Sequence record: MK250021.1
Reading direction: 5' to 3' (one strand)
Length of the DNA: 64,000 bases
Of this stretch, positions 1-15,400 are shown one piece after another (position 1 is the first letter of the stretch; each line of letters opens with the position of its first letter). The notes beneath the pieces are model-generated. The model was not told where the DNA came from. It worked only from the letters and a program-made list of their open reading frames with translations, and did no database searches. The translations under genes were made by a program, and so were the position numbers.

Positions 1-1
1 T

Positions 2-3000
2 GGTTAGTTGTATGGTAATAATTATTTATATGTTTCTATCAGTGATTATATAACTAATAATGTTATTTTATCTGGATATTATAATCCAGATGATAAACAA
101 TTACATAAGGATATACAAGAATTAAAATACCAATATTTTTTTAGTAAAATATATTTTGGTAATATTATATTAAGTAAATTTACGATATATTCAAGATATT
201 AGGATTTTACAAAATTTATAAATGAAACTGATAAGTCTATTAAACCGAATATACCAAATGATAGTGACTATAGATATAAAGTAGCACATATAACAATTCG
301 TTCTGTTACGGATGAAAAAGAATTATCGGAAATAAAACAATATTTACCTAGTAATGAATTAATATGGGTAGAAGAAACGAGAACATTATGGATTAAAACT
401 AAAAATAAAGTTATACAAATTGGTGGCAATGGTTCATCAAGTGGTGATGACGATAATAAAGATAATATGACAAAAGAAGAATTAATAACAGCTCTACAAG
501 AAATGGGTATTATTTATGAATCTGACAATGGATTAGAATTATAGCAAGCAAAAGTAGAAGATATTACTTTTGTAAATTCTAATTTATCAGAAAAATATGT
601 ATATTCATTAGATTCCGAAGGAAATTTACATTCATCAGTTATTCCAGAAACAACTTTGAAAAATAGAATTGATGACTCTAATTTATATGATAATAATACA
701 ACGGTTGGAAGTAAAATGAATATCCGTGGATTTGTAGCGAATCTTGTATGTAAAGAACATGGCAAAGATGCAAATTCAACTGGTGCAATTATGGATGAAA
801 CAGACCGTATTCATATTTCTCAATTCTATGCGCCATTATCAACGGATATTGAAGAAGGAAAAATAGGATGTTCACATGCATTCATTGAATTGACAAATAC
901 ATCAAAATACGATTTTCAATTAGATGGATGTTATTTGCATTTCTTTAGTTTAAGCGATCAATCAAAAGAAACATATTATAAATTAGCGTTATCTGGAGTA
1001 ATACCTGCAGGAAATACTTTCTTAATCAGGGGGAAAAAATATATAGATTATAAAAATTCAAATGTATTTATAAAAGTAGAATCATATGATTAGGAATGGT
1101 TTACTGATAAAGATACATTAATAGATTTAACAGTAAACGTATCTTATAAAGCATATGGATTAGCTTTAACATATGGAGATACCGTAAATGGTGAATCCAT
1201 TACGCCTACAACAATATTAGCAAAAACGGATACATCAAAAACATGTTTATATGTTGATAATTATATAGATGGTATTTTATATTCTATTTCGGCAGCAAAT
1301 ATACCAGAATCGCATAGAAGATGGGCGATATATCAAGCGGGATATAATGTTCAATCAAATAGTTTATTTAGAGAAACATTTTTGTTAGATCCTGCAAAAC
1401 AAGGTTTTCAAGCATTACAATCAGCATGTAAAGATACTTCAAGATCAAGACATGCAAAAGATACTGACTTTACAATGTTATCATTGGCAAATGAATTTAT
1501 AGAATTCCCTAAATCTTATAATATAAAAGCAGTATCAGATTATACTCCAAAAGCATCTTATGAACATAAAACAGTTATTACTGAAAAATCAAATATTGAT
1601 TTAAATAAACCAAATATGATTACATGTGCATTTGGTATAGATATGTTAAAAACAAGATGTTTTAACTGGATTTCTGGTGGTATATTTGATGAATTCATTT
1701 GGATAAGAGAAAAAGGTACATCAGAATGGTAGTGTAGATATGAATCGTATACAAGTTCTAAATGCTCTATATAGACAGAAAAAATAAATGAAAGTATTAC
1801 AAAGAAAACTTTTGATGAAACCGATCAAAAATAGAAAGAAGTTAAACAATATATTTATGATAGAATAACCGGAATATTTCCTGGTACAAAAACACAATAT
1901 ACTGCGCATAAAGTAATAATAAATTTACCAACTCCTTCTTCTAGTACTAAAGTATATGAATATTGTGTAGGGCGTTCATTATTAAATGGTAACCCTGATC
2001 CAAATCATAGTAATCTTAATAATTTATATACATTTACAATGTATGCAAATACATATATTCCAAGATTATATCAAACAAGTGATCAACAAGGGTTTCATTG
2101 GATAGAATATTAGGTATGGACCGGTGCGGCGATAAAAATAAATGAATATATAAACAATACAAAATCTGATAAATATATACCTGTATTAGTAAATACTGGT
2201 GATATGACTCAATCTGGTTCTCGTATTTCGGAATGGTATGATTATTATGAAGCTGGTAAATGTTTATTTGATCATCTTGAACAAATGTATGTTGTTGGTA
2301 ATAACGACCTTGCAAATATAGATCCTACTATTTTAGGAACAGGAGATGATGCAGGTAAATCAAATTCATTCTATTTCCATGTATTTTATTGTTATGAAGT
2401 TGATGATTTTAGTGGAACAGATTATCCTATTGTTAATAAAAAATATATTCCATCATTATATTATTTTGGTACATCTGATTATAGGTTTATAATGATTAAT
2501 TCTGAAATCACATCAACATGCGCAAATTAGTGGTTTGATTTAGGCGATTATAATATATACACCGGTTATACAATTGGTTCTGGAAATAATACATATAAAA
2601 GTGATTCAAATTGGACACCAATTTATGATAGATTATTTGCTATTATGAATAATTTTAATGGTAAACAATTTATTACAGCATGTCATGAAATGCCATTTAC
2701 AGTTATTACAAAAGCAAATATTAAAAAATCTTCGGATATATTAATCGCTCAAAGAAGTGCTTCTGGAACATCTCTTGTAGGTTCTCATTTAAATTCTATA
2801 ACTGCATCTGACACAGGATATGGATTTAATTGGTTCTCTCGTTTACTTGAATATTTTGCGAATAAAAATAAGACAAAATTATGTATTGGCGGACATAAAC
2901 ATACATATGCTATGACATTCCCTATTCGGGAAAACTATACATATACAGAAGGTGGTATATAGAAATATTCTAAAGATGGACCAATGAGTATGTCTTCAAC

Positions 3001-3577
3001 TCTTAATAATGATATAGAAAAATCCGTAACATGGGTAAGAAAAATGAAATATGATGAAGACAAATGTATATATACAGAAAACAATAATGGAGAAAATGTA
3101 AATACAAGTAAATTACCATATATACCAAAAGAAGTATATAGTATGAATTATGATGCGACTACAACAATTGCAGCAGCTTCAAAAACATTGGGTGGATTTT
3201 TACCTTATCAATATTTAAGTACATTAACAAATCAAAATGCTATAACATATTTAATGTGTCAAGCAACAGGATATAAGTATTCATCTAATAAAGAATTACC
3301 TGCATATACATAGGCTTTTTCTGAACTTATACCTTAGACGACCGCTAATGAAAAACCAGCGGCTTCATAGAAGTATCCTATGTTCATAGATATTATGTTA
3401 AATGATACAACTATTAGTTTTAAATTAATAATGGTAGATAATATTTTTGGTGATAAGCAAATATTTACATAGAAAATATATGGAACAAAGTCAAGTGAAT
3501 TAAAATATATGCAGTTATAGAATAATTCATTATATGGAGAATGGGTTTCTAATGATACAAATCTTAAATCATTATAA
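2..3577 (+). CDS. Large protein (5'-truncated, >1190 aa) with lamin-tail domain (LTD), FN3-like purple acid phosphatase N-domain and calcineurin-like metallophosphoesterase domain
   Basis: Track fragments 8, 656, 1382, 2204, 2645 and 2984 share one frame, are separated only by TAG (~15) and end at TAA 3575-3577. LTD-like FIELTN...LSGVIPAGNTFLIRG; phosphoesterase motifs SDQQ, GDMTQ, GNND, CHEMP, GGHKHTY. Confidence 0.85.
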
Positions 3578-3606
3578 TTATAAATTAAAAATAAAATGTT
3601 AATATT

Positions 3607-6600
3607 ATGAAATTAAATGGAGTTGATAATATTATTACAGATAAAGATATTATTGTTACTACTGGATGATCCAGTAGTAACAAATCTTTAGCAACTGTAA
3701 TTGAATCACAATAGGAAAATATAGATGAACTTAAATCTAATGTTAAATGGATCTACAAATATGGTGGTGTTGGATCTGGTTCTGGTGGTGGCGGTTCAAA
3801 TTCTCAAGGAACATGGAAAGCAATAATTAATGTAAATAATAAAAGTGTGAAAAATAATGATAAGCTTGATTTATCAGGAAGTATAGTAAGTGGTGCTGTT
3901 ACAGCAACAGTAAATGTAAGCATATCTAATCCATCTAGTGGTGGATATAGATTTATATTATATTATTCATATGATGGAAATGATTATCAATAGTATTCAA
4001 CTCCTTTAATTCCAGATAATATGTTTACAGCTGCATTTACAGTAAGATTAACACAGAATAATGATTTAAATATTAAAATAACTGATATTGAAAATTCAAC
4101 TACTGTATATAAAATAACATATTTTATATATGGATATACATGTAATATTCAACCATTATATATAAATGATGATAATAATGAAATTTTAATTACATCTAAT
4201 AATTTTAAACCTGGATTATATAAAAATGGTATAATATTTAGGGTAAGTATAAAAAACTATGCATAGTTCACTATTAATTATAATTCATTAAATACAATGA
4301 ATTATACAATATATAAAATTAACAAGAAAAGTCCAGATAGTTATCAATCAACTATATCTGATTCATAGTCTTATTATTTAAAAGATGAATATAGAGGCTT
4401 TATACATAGAGATACAACGGAAGTTATATTAGATTATTTAATTTCATATTCAGATTTAGTAAATGAATTAAATTACGGTAATCATTTATTTACTATTAAT
4501 CTAGATGTTTTATCTGGATCATCAGGTGAAACTACAAAAACACAGTATACATATGAATATACAGATACTCCAGATACATAGAAATATATTATATGTTTAC
4601 CAGCAACTGATGCAGGTACTATATATACAGAAGACCCATCATCTATTGCTATTAATGAATTAGAGGAATCTGCATTTTTTATAGGAAATAAAGTTACATT
4701 AAAGTTTAGGCCTTTTAATTATTCTGCAAATGAAATTTAGATTTCATATAAATTAGAGAATAAACATAATCCGAATAATATAATTACATAGACTAGTACT
4801 TTTAGTATTTAGAATGGACGTTATACAACATAGAGTTTTGATGTATATGAAGGTATTAATAAATTAATTATTAATGATACTATTATACGTTATTATTATG
4901 GTAAAAAACTTAATGCTTCTATATCTTGGTATAATAAAAACAAGCTTGGCGATACATTCGGTAATATTTCAAAAAATGATTGGATTAAAAATTCATTTTT
5001 TAGATTTAAATTAGATTTATCAGAAAATTTAAGTTCAATTGAATTATTAAAGACTGCAAATAAAAATGGTTTTATTCAATTTTTTAAGAATAATAATACA
5101 AAGAAAACAATAATAGACCTTTGGGGTAATAATATTAAAGATAAAGAACAAATATTTACATCTGATAAAAAAAATGATATGCATTTTGCTATAGGCTTTT
5201 AGTATTCTTATTCAAATGATATAAATGATTATTTATTTTCACTAAAGGATAATGAGAATAATACAATATTTACTATATATTAGAATAATATTACATATGA
5301 CCATTTTTTATCTCATGGAACAGCAAATATTTATATACCAAATACAGTGAATTTTTCATCAGGTAATAATGACGAATATCATTTGTTGGATATTTATATA
5401 CGTAAGTTAAATCCCATGATAATACCAACATCTAATCCAAATAATCCTGAAAAAATGGATGATATAGAATATAATATATGGGAAATATCAAATTCAGTAA
5501 CAACTAAAAATGATTAGGAATTATATTATGTTGAATTCTATATTGATGGTATAGCAGATGGTATAATACAATATTTTTCAGTATCATTTCCATATATAAG
5601 ATATATAGAATTTAATAATATTAATATATATTATAATTTATTAGAATTGGCATATATAAATAATAGTAATTTACATTTTACAGATGTAGATGTTGTAATG
5701 TATTGGTATTCATATAAATTATAGTTGACAGAGGACAAAGGTATTAGTGATACAAATAAAAAACTTATTACATCATTATCTAATATTGAAGCACGTACAG
5801 CAGATGCTACAGTATCAAATAAAAGTTTATCTTATAAACATAATTTATTAAAAATAGATGAAAACTATTTAAAATAGATTACTTTAAATTCTTATTTACC
5901 AATATATATATTTAATGTTAGACATTTAAATTCAGATGATCAAGGAAATACTATATTTTTGTGGATTAATAAGCAATATAAGGAGACTGGTGAACATATG
6001 ACTAGTTGGCCCATTGCATCATCTACAAATGAAGATGGCACTGAACATTATACAGGTATTTCTTATATAGCACCTGGTAGTAATAATGAAGTAAAAATAA
6101 AATTTCCAAAAGATAATAATACAACAACAACTTGGGATTAGGCACAATTTAAACTAGATATTCAAGGTTCATCAACAAGAGGAAATCATGGTAAAAACTT
6201 AACATTAGGATTAAATAAGTTATAGGATACTACATTTTTATTTTCTCCGAATTTTAAAAATGATGATTCAGATACATATTTACCTGAAGAGGAATTTACT
6301 TTAAAAGCAGATATTGTAGACTCTGGACATTCAAATAATACTGTAATGGGTAAATTTATAAATGATAATACTACTAAATTTGAAACATATAGTAAAGGAA
6401 AATATACAAATTATATTAAGAATTGTTTGGAAGGCTTTCCTTGTATTATTATTTTAAATGTTGACTATGAAGTTTCAGGAACATAGAATGAATATTATTT
6501 CTTAGGAATTTATAATTTTAACTTAGGACGTGGTTCATATTCAAACTTAGGTTATAGAGACATTTCTGTATTTGATGACGGATTAAAATCAGTGTCTGAT

Positions 6601-9600
6601 GAAAATCCATTTATATTTTTTGAAAAAGAACCAGAAAAATTATAGTTAATTAATAATTTTGGTGGTGCTGAAATAACTGGTAATAGTCCTAAATTTGATT
6701 TTTCACAATGGGATAATACTATATTATTTCAAATGGAAAATGAGAGTGATGGTAATAAGTACATGTGGGATGATATTGTAACAACTTCTAATTCACTTGG
6801 TTCTTTCCAAACCGCATTACAATTATTTATTAAAGACGTTGCATTAAGTGGAGGTTATATATTTAATTATTTAGGTAAGACATTAGTTGATCATACCGTA
6901 TGGGACAATAGTCCTTGGACTATGATAAATAGTGTTCCGGATCCAAGAATATAGTATATGCGCACGTCAAATAATTAGTTTAATGAATTTATAAAGAAAG
7001 AAGATGTTGATGTTACATCTGGAGAAAATAATTGGATGTATATATTTGATAAAACAATGCATGATACGGAAATAGATTCATAGCAATATAGAACACGTTT
7101 AGATTATACATCAGCATTGGAATATTATGTTATTTGCATGACATTTGGTTTAGTAGACTCTGTTTAGAAAAACTTAAATGTAAAAACATGGACATTAAAT
7201 AATAATAATTTCCAAGATCCTGTCACAAAACAATCTCGCGCTAAATTTTATATAGCATTCTATGACATGGATACATGTTTGGGTATTGATAATGATTCAA
7301 ATGAAACATCTCCATTCTGTTTTTCAGACTTCTGGTATAGTAAAGAGGAAGGTTCTGATAATTTATATACATTAACTGATACAGCAGTATATAGAGATTT
7401 TTATGATGTTAAATTAGCTAATGAAATTGGTTACGATATACCATCATCTTCATTATTTAGTATAGTTAAATATGGCACATCTGTATATAAAAAAGCATTT
7501 CCTGAAAAAGATTTAGAGCAAACTGATTATCCAACTCCTACAGATTTATGGGCTCGTTATAGACTTGCTGATAAGAAACTATATGATTTACCAGGTACTG
7601 GATGTTTACCAAATGTTGATTATTTTATGAATAATTATTATAAAAAACATTTAGAGGGCGCATCTGAAATTATATTTAATTTAAATTATGATGCAAAATA
7701 TTTTGTATATAATTATTTAGAATCATGGGAAATACCAAATGATATTAAGAATAGTATTGGTACATATAAAATTCAAAATACATTAACTGGTTATCAAGAA
7801 GCATTCCATTAGGATGCAACAAAATTTAGAGGTAGATCTATTAATAGAATATATGATTGGTTAAATTCTCGTATTCATATACTTGATGCATATTTTAATT
7901 TACAAAATGCTACAGAATTCATTAGTGTTAGTAATGATGAAAAAAATGCAGTCACCTTATTAAATATTCCAGAAGTTCTATACTCTTATGTATTAAACAA
8001 CGAAGATGTATATGTAACTCGTCAAATATTTAATCCAGCTGGTCGAACAAAAATGAATTTATCTGGTACTATAACATTGCAGCTAAAAGCATTGAAATAT
8101 ACACCTATCATGTGTATGATTGGAGGTACTATTTATGGTCGTTATTTATTAAAAAATCCTGCATATACATATAATGTTTCTTTCTCCGGTACAGGTAATG
8201 TTGATGCTGTTTTAGCAGGTTCTAATAATTTAACATATATTAGTGATATTACTTGGGTTACTCCTGTAACATTAACAATAAGTTCAAAATATCTTACATA
8301 TATAAATGGAAATAGTCCTAATACTTCAGTAACATTTAGTAATGGTAGTATTGATTGTCAATCTATATAGAATATAACATTAACAGGTAAAAATTATAAA
8401 GGTTCATTAAAATTAACATATGATGAATCACAAAATAAATTAGATACATATGCAAATTTATAGACTATTAATTTATCAGGCTCTCAAATTTCATTAGCTG
8501 TATCAAACGAACCTGTATCATATATAAATATGAGTAATGTAAATACAACATCATTATCTGTATATAGTTGTAATAAACTTATAAAACCATCAGATAATAA
8601 AGAAGCAATTGAATTAACAAATGCAGTGTTTACATCGTCTGTTTCATTACATATAAATTGGTCAAAAGATATTCAATTAGATAATTTTGAAACGCCAGAA
8701 TTAAATATATCATGTACTTATCCTGGAGATAAAGGTAAGAATACTATTGTCATAGATGGTTCTAAATATAAATAGTTAACAACATTAAAAAATGTAACTA
8801 TTAACGGTTATAAAATTATAAAAATATGTAATATTCCAAATTTACAAAATGTGACTATTAATGATCCAGATAATGTGGAAATGTTAATTATTGGTAAATG
8901 TTGTACATATAGTAACTTAAAATTTACTTGCAATTCAAATACTATAGGATTAGTAGATTTAAGTAAATTTACATCATTAACTGAAATTTGCTTTTCACAA
9001 ACATTAAATTTTGAAAGAATTATATTACCTAATACTGTTAACTTAAAAGGCGGAGATTTTTCTTATTGCACATAGTTAAAATATGTTGATGTTGTAAATA
9101 ATGGTACATTAGTAATTAATGGAAACGGTAAACGTCATTCTTATACAAATCTAACAAATAATACTATACTCGATACTGGTACAGATGGTATTTTTTATGG
9201 TTGTAATTCATTTACATTATCAAGGAGTGAATCAAATAACGGAATATTACCTATTAAAATAGGTTCTAATGTAACATCATTGTCTCATATGTTTTGTCCT
9301 AATAATGCAAGGTCAAATGCTATATCATTTGAAAAAATGATAGCATTTATAGATAGTATTCCTTAGGATAATAATATTACAGATATTTCTTATATGTTCG
9401 CTGACCAAACTGCATTTAAATTAACTAAAGAACTGTATATTGCAGATACGAAAGCAAATAAGTCTACTTTAAAATTAGGTAAGTTTCATAAAGTATCAAA
9501 TGCACAGGGAGTATTTTATTCATCTGCTGCAGTGTATATTAATTAGTTGGTATGGTACGAAAGTAATTAGAAAAAATATGTATTTGGAGGTGATTCATCT

Positions 9601-12312
9601 GTAACAAGTTTAAATATTTCTTATATTTTTAATAATAATGGTTCATTTACATTAAATGCACCAATAGATATATATTATCCAATATTAAAAAAGATTACAA
9701 ATTTTGGAAATTGGTGGTATCATCAAACAACATTTAACCCTATATATACCAATACATCATAGACATTTAAAGTTGCTACAATTCTTACAGAAAAGAAAAA
9801 GCAAGAAGCTGAATGGAAAGATAAGCAATATTATACTCGAACATATACATATAGTGGAACTTGTGGTGAACGTATCACTAGTACAGTGTCATTAAGAAAT
9901 GTTTTTATAGATGAAACAAAAACTAATTTAAATTCATTAAATATAGATGATGAAGATAATCTTGATGCAGTATATCCAGAAAAAATGACATCATTACAAG
10001 CATTTAGTTTTGGAGCAACGTCAAATAATGATTATACATGTGCAAGATGGAACTTATATGGATTTATTACAAAAAAATGGAATATATCATTATTACGAGG
10101 AATTTTAAATTATAATAATGGTTTAAAAGTTGAAGAATACGAAGATGTATTTGCTAATAAATTTATGCCAACTAATTTGAAATTAATATATGATTCATTA
10201 CAGTTCTTACCAATTGATTCTAATAAGAAACAAATAATAATTGATGTTGATAGATTTTTTGATTTTGATACATATATGAATCAAGCTGCGCAATATAATA
10301 ATGATAATAATTAGTATATATTTTATAATTCATTTAGATTTTCCAAATTAATATATTCAGATATATTTAAAAAATGGTTGATTAAAATTATATAGTTTAA
10401 TAATACTCATATACCATATATACATAATGTATTTTCTAATACAAAATTAATAGTAACATCAAATGAAGCAAATAATGAATGTGATTTTAAATTATCAACA
10501 ATATTTAAAGAAAATAAAAAATCATTAAAAGAAAATAATAATATTAAATCTATAAATTCATTATTTTATAATTTACATTGTTATGAAAACGGTAGAGATT
10601 ATACGGATGAAAGTAATATATTATATATGCAATTTGGATATGATATATTTAAAATATTCCCTAAGTTAACATCATGTTCTTATACATTTGCTAATTGCTA
10701 CTTATTCGAAGCCATACCGTTTAATGTATTTAATAAACGACAAGCTCCTAAGTATTATTATTATTATAAAGATGAAGGAGATGATTAGGAACGTAAATAT
10801 ATTAAATATATAGAGTATAATTATTCAAATACAATGGAAAATGTTTCATATTGCTTTAGTAATACGAGATTCTATTGTAAATATAAAGCAAATAATTCTT
10901 TTAATATAATAGATTCAAATAATGAAAATGTAATATTAACAGCTGGTGTTAACTCATATGTATATTAGAAATTAGTCGAAGTAAGAAATGACGAAGGTGA
11001 ATTAATAAGTTCACATTATGAAGACGATGGAAACCCTGTTGTTTTATTAAATAATTTAGTTGTTTATAATGGAAAAACCGGATAGTCATCAGTTACATTA
11101 TATCCTTCTACTGAATATACAGATACTTTAAATTTACATGGTACATATTTTATAGGATCACATACTATTGCAAATAAAAATCAAATTGTTGATTCATTTA
11201 ATTAGCAATTACCTATATCTGGAAATGCTACAAAAGATTATAATTATAATGATTCATTAATTGTACCTCCAGATTTATTATATGGTTGTACTTCATCTGC
11301 AACATTTTTAAATATTGTAGAATAGAATTATACGACAAATAAACTTATTGGTATAATACCTGAGCATTTAATTAAAAATATTCAAAGTATCAACAATAAC
11401 GATAATAACATTTCTATATTTAATAATTGTATTATAATACCAAGATATATTGGAACATATGTACAATATGCAGAAAAAGAAGTCGAAATCGAAGATTCTT
11501 CAAATGATTCTTCTTCAAATGAACCATAGTATGAAACTGTAAAATATATATAGAAAACATATAATATATATTCATTTATACCAGAACATTTTGTAACTAA
11601 TAATACCGTAAGAAATCTTTATGGATTAACTTCTTCATTTAATATTCATTGGCCAAAACAATCAAGTATGATTAATGGAGAACGCGTAGATTATGATTTT
11701 TATGTTATGTCAACGACAAAATCATTCCATAATCAAATTACAAATATAAGTTTCAGCAACTATAACTATAACTATAACTATAACTATAATGAGTATAATA
11801 GAGGTATTCACTTTAATTTACAATGTACATACACTGAAGATATAGATACAGTATATAGTGAAGAGTAGAAAAAAGATATATTTGGTGAATTATATGAGAA
11901 ATACCCTAATATTTGCAGAGTATTTAATACATTTAGTACTGGAATAAATTTAACAGTATTTAAGAATTTATATGTTACTAATTTAATAAATTCAATATAT
12001 ATATTACACGGATATTTTGGAAATATTATTCAAGGTGCTACAGTAGAGAATTTAAAAATTAACTCTAATGGTTATTGCATTAATATTAGTAATAATAATA
12101 GTAATAATAGTAATAGTATTAGTTGTAATGCAATATTCCCATCAATGAATAAGAATATAACTAATTTCATTAATATTAACAATTATAGATATTATTTGTA
12201 TAATACATAGGTTGAAAACTCTAATATAAAATATTATTAGAATGTATATTCTAATTATTTAATATTTAGAGGTGATACTGTTCAACGTCCACAATATTTA
12301 GATATTGAATAA
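3607..12312 (+). CDS. Giant (~2900 aa) protein with CotH-like kinase domain followed by LRR/BspA-like repeats; probable virion/surface protein
   Basis: One frame from ATG 3607 to TAA 12310-12312 with ~40 in-frame TAG and a single in-frame TGA (3667-3669). CotH-like motifs QGSST..GKN, LKADIVDSGHSNN, YFLGIYNFNLGR, GLVDSV(TAG)KN, FYDMDTCLG, WLNSRIHILDAYF. LRR-like LxxLxxIxLP and 'ISYMF' repeats follow ~8.4 kb. Confidence 0.75.
11758..11787 (+). repeat. (AACTAT)x5 in-frame microsatellite encoding (Asn-Tyr)5
   Basis: Five perfect 6-nt copies read directly. Confidence 0.9.
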
Positions 12313-12332
12313 TATTTTTATGAATATAATTA

Positions 12333-12365
12333 AGAGAGATATAGTATATCTATATCTCTCTTTTT
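12333..12365 (+). terminator. Intrinsic terminator
   Basis: 12-bp stem AGAGAGATATAG/CTATATCTCTCT, 5-nt loop, T-run, just after the stop at 12312. Confidence 0.8.
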
Positions 12366-12373
12366 ATCTAAAA

Positions 12374-12380
12374 ATAAATA
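12374..12380 (+). promoter_or_regulatory. Putative late promoter ATAAATA
   Basis: 24 nt upstream of ATG 12405. The ATAAATATAAAAAGA context is also present at 18809 and at 32295 (-). Confidence 0.5.
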
Positions 12381-12404
12381 TAAAAAGAATTTTTATGAAT
12401 ATAA

Positions 12405-15400
12405 ATGGATAATAAATGTTCAAGACCTGCTTTGATCCATAGCTTTAATCCCAAGCCATTCAAAGATATTGACACAGCCATTTTCGCGCTTAATAAGAAA
12501 GATTTAGCAACAGGTGAAATAGCTATAGCATATTATAATGATGTTAATGAAACAAGAGGAATCGGGGCAGTAATCGCAACTGGTAATATTTTACCAGGTG
12601 GAAATCAAATATTCAAGAATACTGCATATACTGATAAACTTATAAAAGTTGTAAAAGAATCTATTGAATCTAACTCTGTTGATATAAGTGTAATCGAAGA
12701 AAATGTAAATAATAACATTGCAGATATTGCATTAATTAAGGAACAACTTAAATCGTTGTCTATTGATTCAAGTAATAATCAATCTTCCGTTGATAATAAG
12801 ATGAATGAAATCAATGAAATCATCAGTAAAATGAAAGAAGATATGAATAATATCATAGATAATATTCATAAAGTTGTTGCTGATGCATCATAGTCTCTCG
12901 CTGATTCTACAGATACTATATATACCGATTTCAAAGAGGCAGACACTTCTTTAAAAAACTATATAGATGATGAAAATTTAAAAATTTCTCAAAAAATTGA
13001 TGATATTTCATTAAAAAATGTAGAAAATAAGCAAGAATTATTAGATAAAATTAATTCCAATACATCTATACTCGAAACTACAATTTATGATGTTTCAACA
13101 TAGTTGACTGATGACATTTCTATATTAAACAATAAGGTAGAAACTTATAATAATGACTTAAATACATCTTTAACTTATAATGTGTCTACATTAAAATCTC
13201 TTATATCAGATAATAAGAATTATGTTGATAAAAGAGAAAATCTTATCAGAGAATATATTGATTAGAAAGATAATCAATTAATATGGCTAATAGGTGATAC
13301 TTCTAAACATATTCATTTCCGTATAGATAAAGAAGTTCATGACTTAAATGATAGAATTACATCTGAACACCTTGATATGAATAAAGTTGTTGCAGATAAT
13401 AAAACCGATTCAAAACGCTATACAGATTAGGAAATATCATTAGCTAAAGATTATGTGGATGAACAAACTGAATATCTTAAATCAAATATATCTCAAACTG
13501 AGTTAAACTCAAAGAAATATACAGATGAATCTATTACTTCATTAAATAATAAGTTATCAGAATCAATTAAGAATACGTCTATATATGCAAAAGATTTATT
13601 TGATAACTCTAATGAATATGCAGATAAATTAAATAATTCATAGAAAGTTTATATTGATGATGAACTTAGAATGCAAGATGAACGTTTAGTTGACAATATA
13701 AATTCTGTAAAAGATACTATTAATACAACAAAATCTGAATTAAATGTTTCTATTAATAAATCATATGATAATGCAGTAAAATATACAAATAAAGTACATC
13801 AAGAGACTTTACAACTTATTAAAGAATATGATAATAAAGTAAGATAGGATTTTTCTGAAGCGGATATTAAGTTAGATAATAAGATTAATGACACTTCTAC
13901 ATTAATTTGGAATTATATAGGCAATACATCTGATGCTATTGTTCAATTTGTTAAAGATACATCCAAATTAAATTGGGATCATACAAATGATACATCTGAT
14001 GCTATTGTTAAATATATTAATGATACATCTGACGCTATTGTTAAATATATAAATGATACTTCCGATGCTATTATTCAATATGTAGATTAGCAAGATCAAT
14101 TATAGAAAAATTATACTGACAAAGAAGTATCTACTTTGAAATCATATGTAGATACAGAAAACACTTCTATTATTGCTTATGTTGATAATCAAGATGATAA
14201 AGTATTGAGTGAAGCCTCAATTTATACAGATGGTAAAATTCAGGAAGTAAATAATACTATCCATGATCTTGATGAAAAGGTAGAAGATTATAATAGAAAT
14301 ACAAATAAGTTACTTGATGATGTTTCTGAAGGTATTATAAGAGATTATACAACTGCAATTAATAATCTTAATCAAGATGTTTCCAGAAATGATACATGGT
14401 TATATAACCATATTGAAAAATATAATACAAATTTATCTACTGCAATTACAACTAATGATTCAGATACTAAAAAATTAATTAAAGATGTTTCCGATCTTCT
14501 TGATTAGAAAATAGAAGATACATCAGATATTCTGCAAGGTGTAATAGATGCATTGAAAACACAACATAATACTGATATTACAACGACAAATACTTCTATT
14601 ATGTCTTATGTTAATAATTATAATACTAGTACATCAGAAATGATTAAAGCAATGAACACTAGTATTAATACATATTGGGAAAATGCCGATGAGACTATCG
14701 AAAATTTACTTACTAATGTTTCTAATGGTATTCTTCAAAAAGTTAATAATATACAAAAAGATTTATCTACTTATATTCAAACAGCCGAATCTACTTTAAA
14801 ATCATTATATGAACAAGCAGATGACGGACTTCTTGGATATATTAATAGTTAGGACGCAAAACTTAATAGTAGTATAAATGATATTTCAACAAAGATTGTA
14901 AATAAATTTAATAATGATATTAGTATATTAAATGATAAAGTTGATACTAATTTATCTAATTTAAATACATCTATTAATAGTGTTCATGATATATTATTTA
15001 GGAAAATTGAAGATACATCTACTGAAATTGTAAGAGCTTTGAATACATCTATTAGTAATATTAATCAAAAGCTTACTACTAATGTAACTGAAATTTATGA
15101 TAGGATAGATGACGTTAAAGATGATATTTTTGAAAAACTTAATGTATCTATTAATGGTATCAATAAAATATTAACTGATAAAGATACAGCATTAGATAAT
15201 AAGATTGATAATAAGTATACAACTATTATTAATGTAATGAATACATCTGATAGTATTTTAAATGGTCGTATTACTAATTTAGAAACCAAACATACAAATG
15301 AATTATCTGAAGCTGTTAAAACATTAAATAAATTAGTTTCAGATACAAAGACAGAATTATCTGGTCTAGATACAGCAAATAAAACAGAATTAATAACAAA

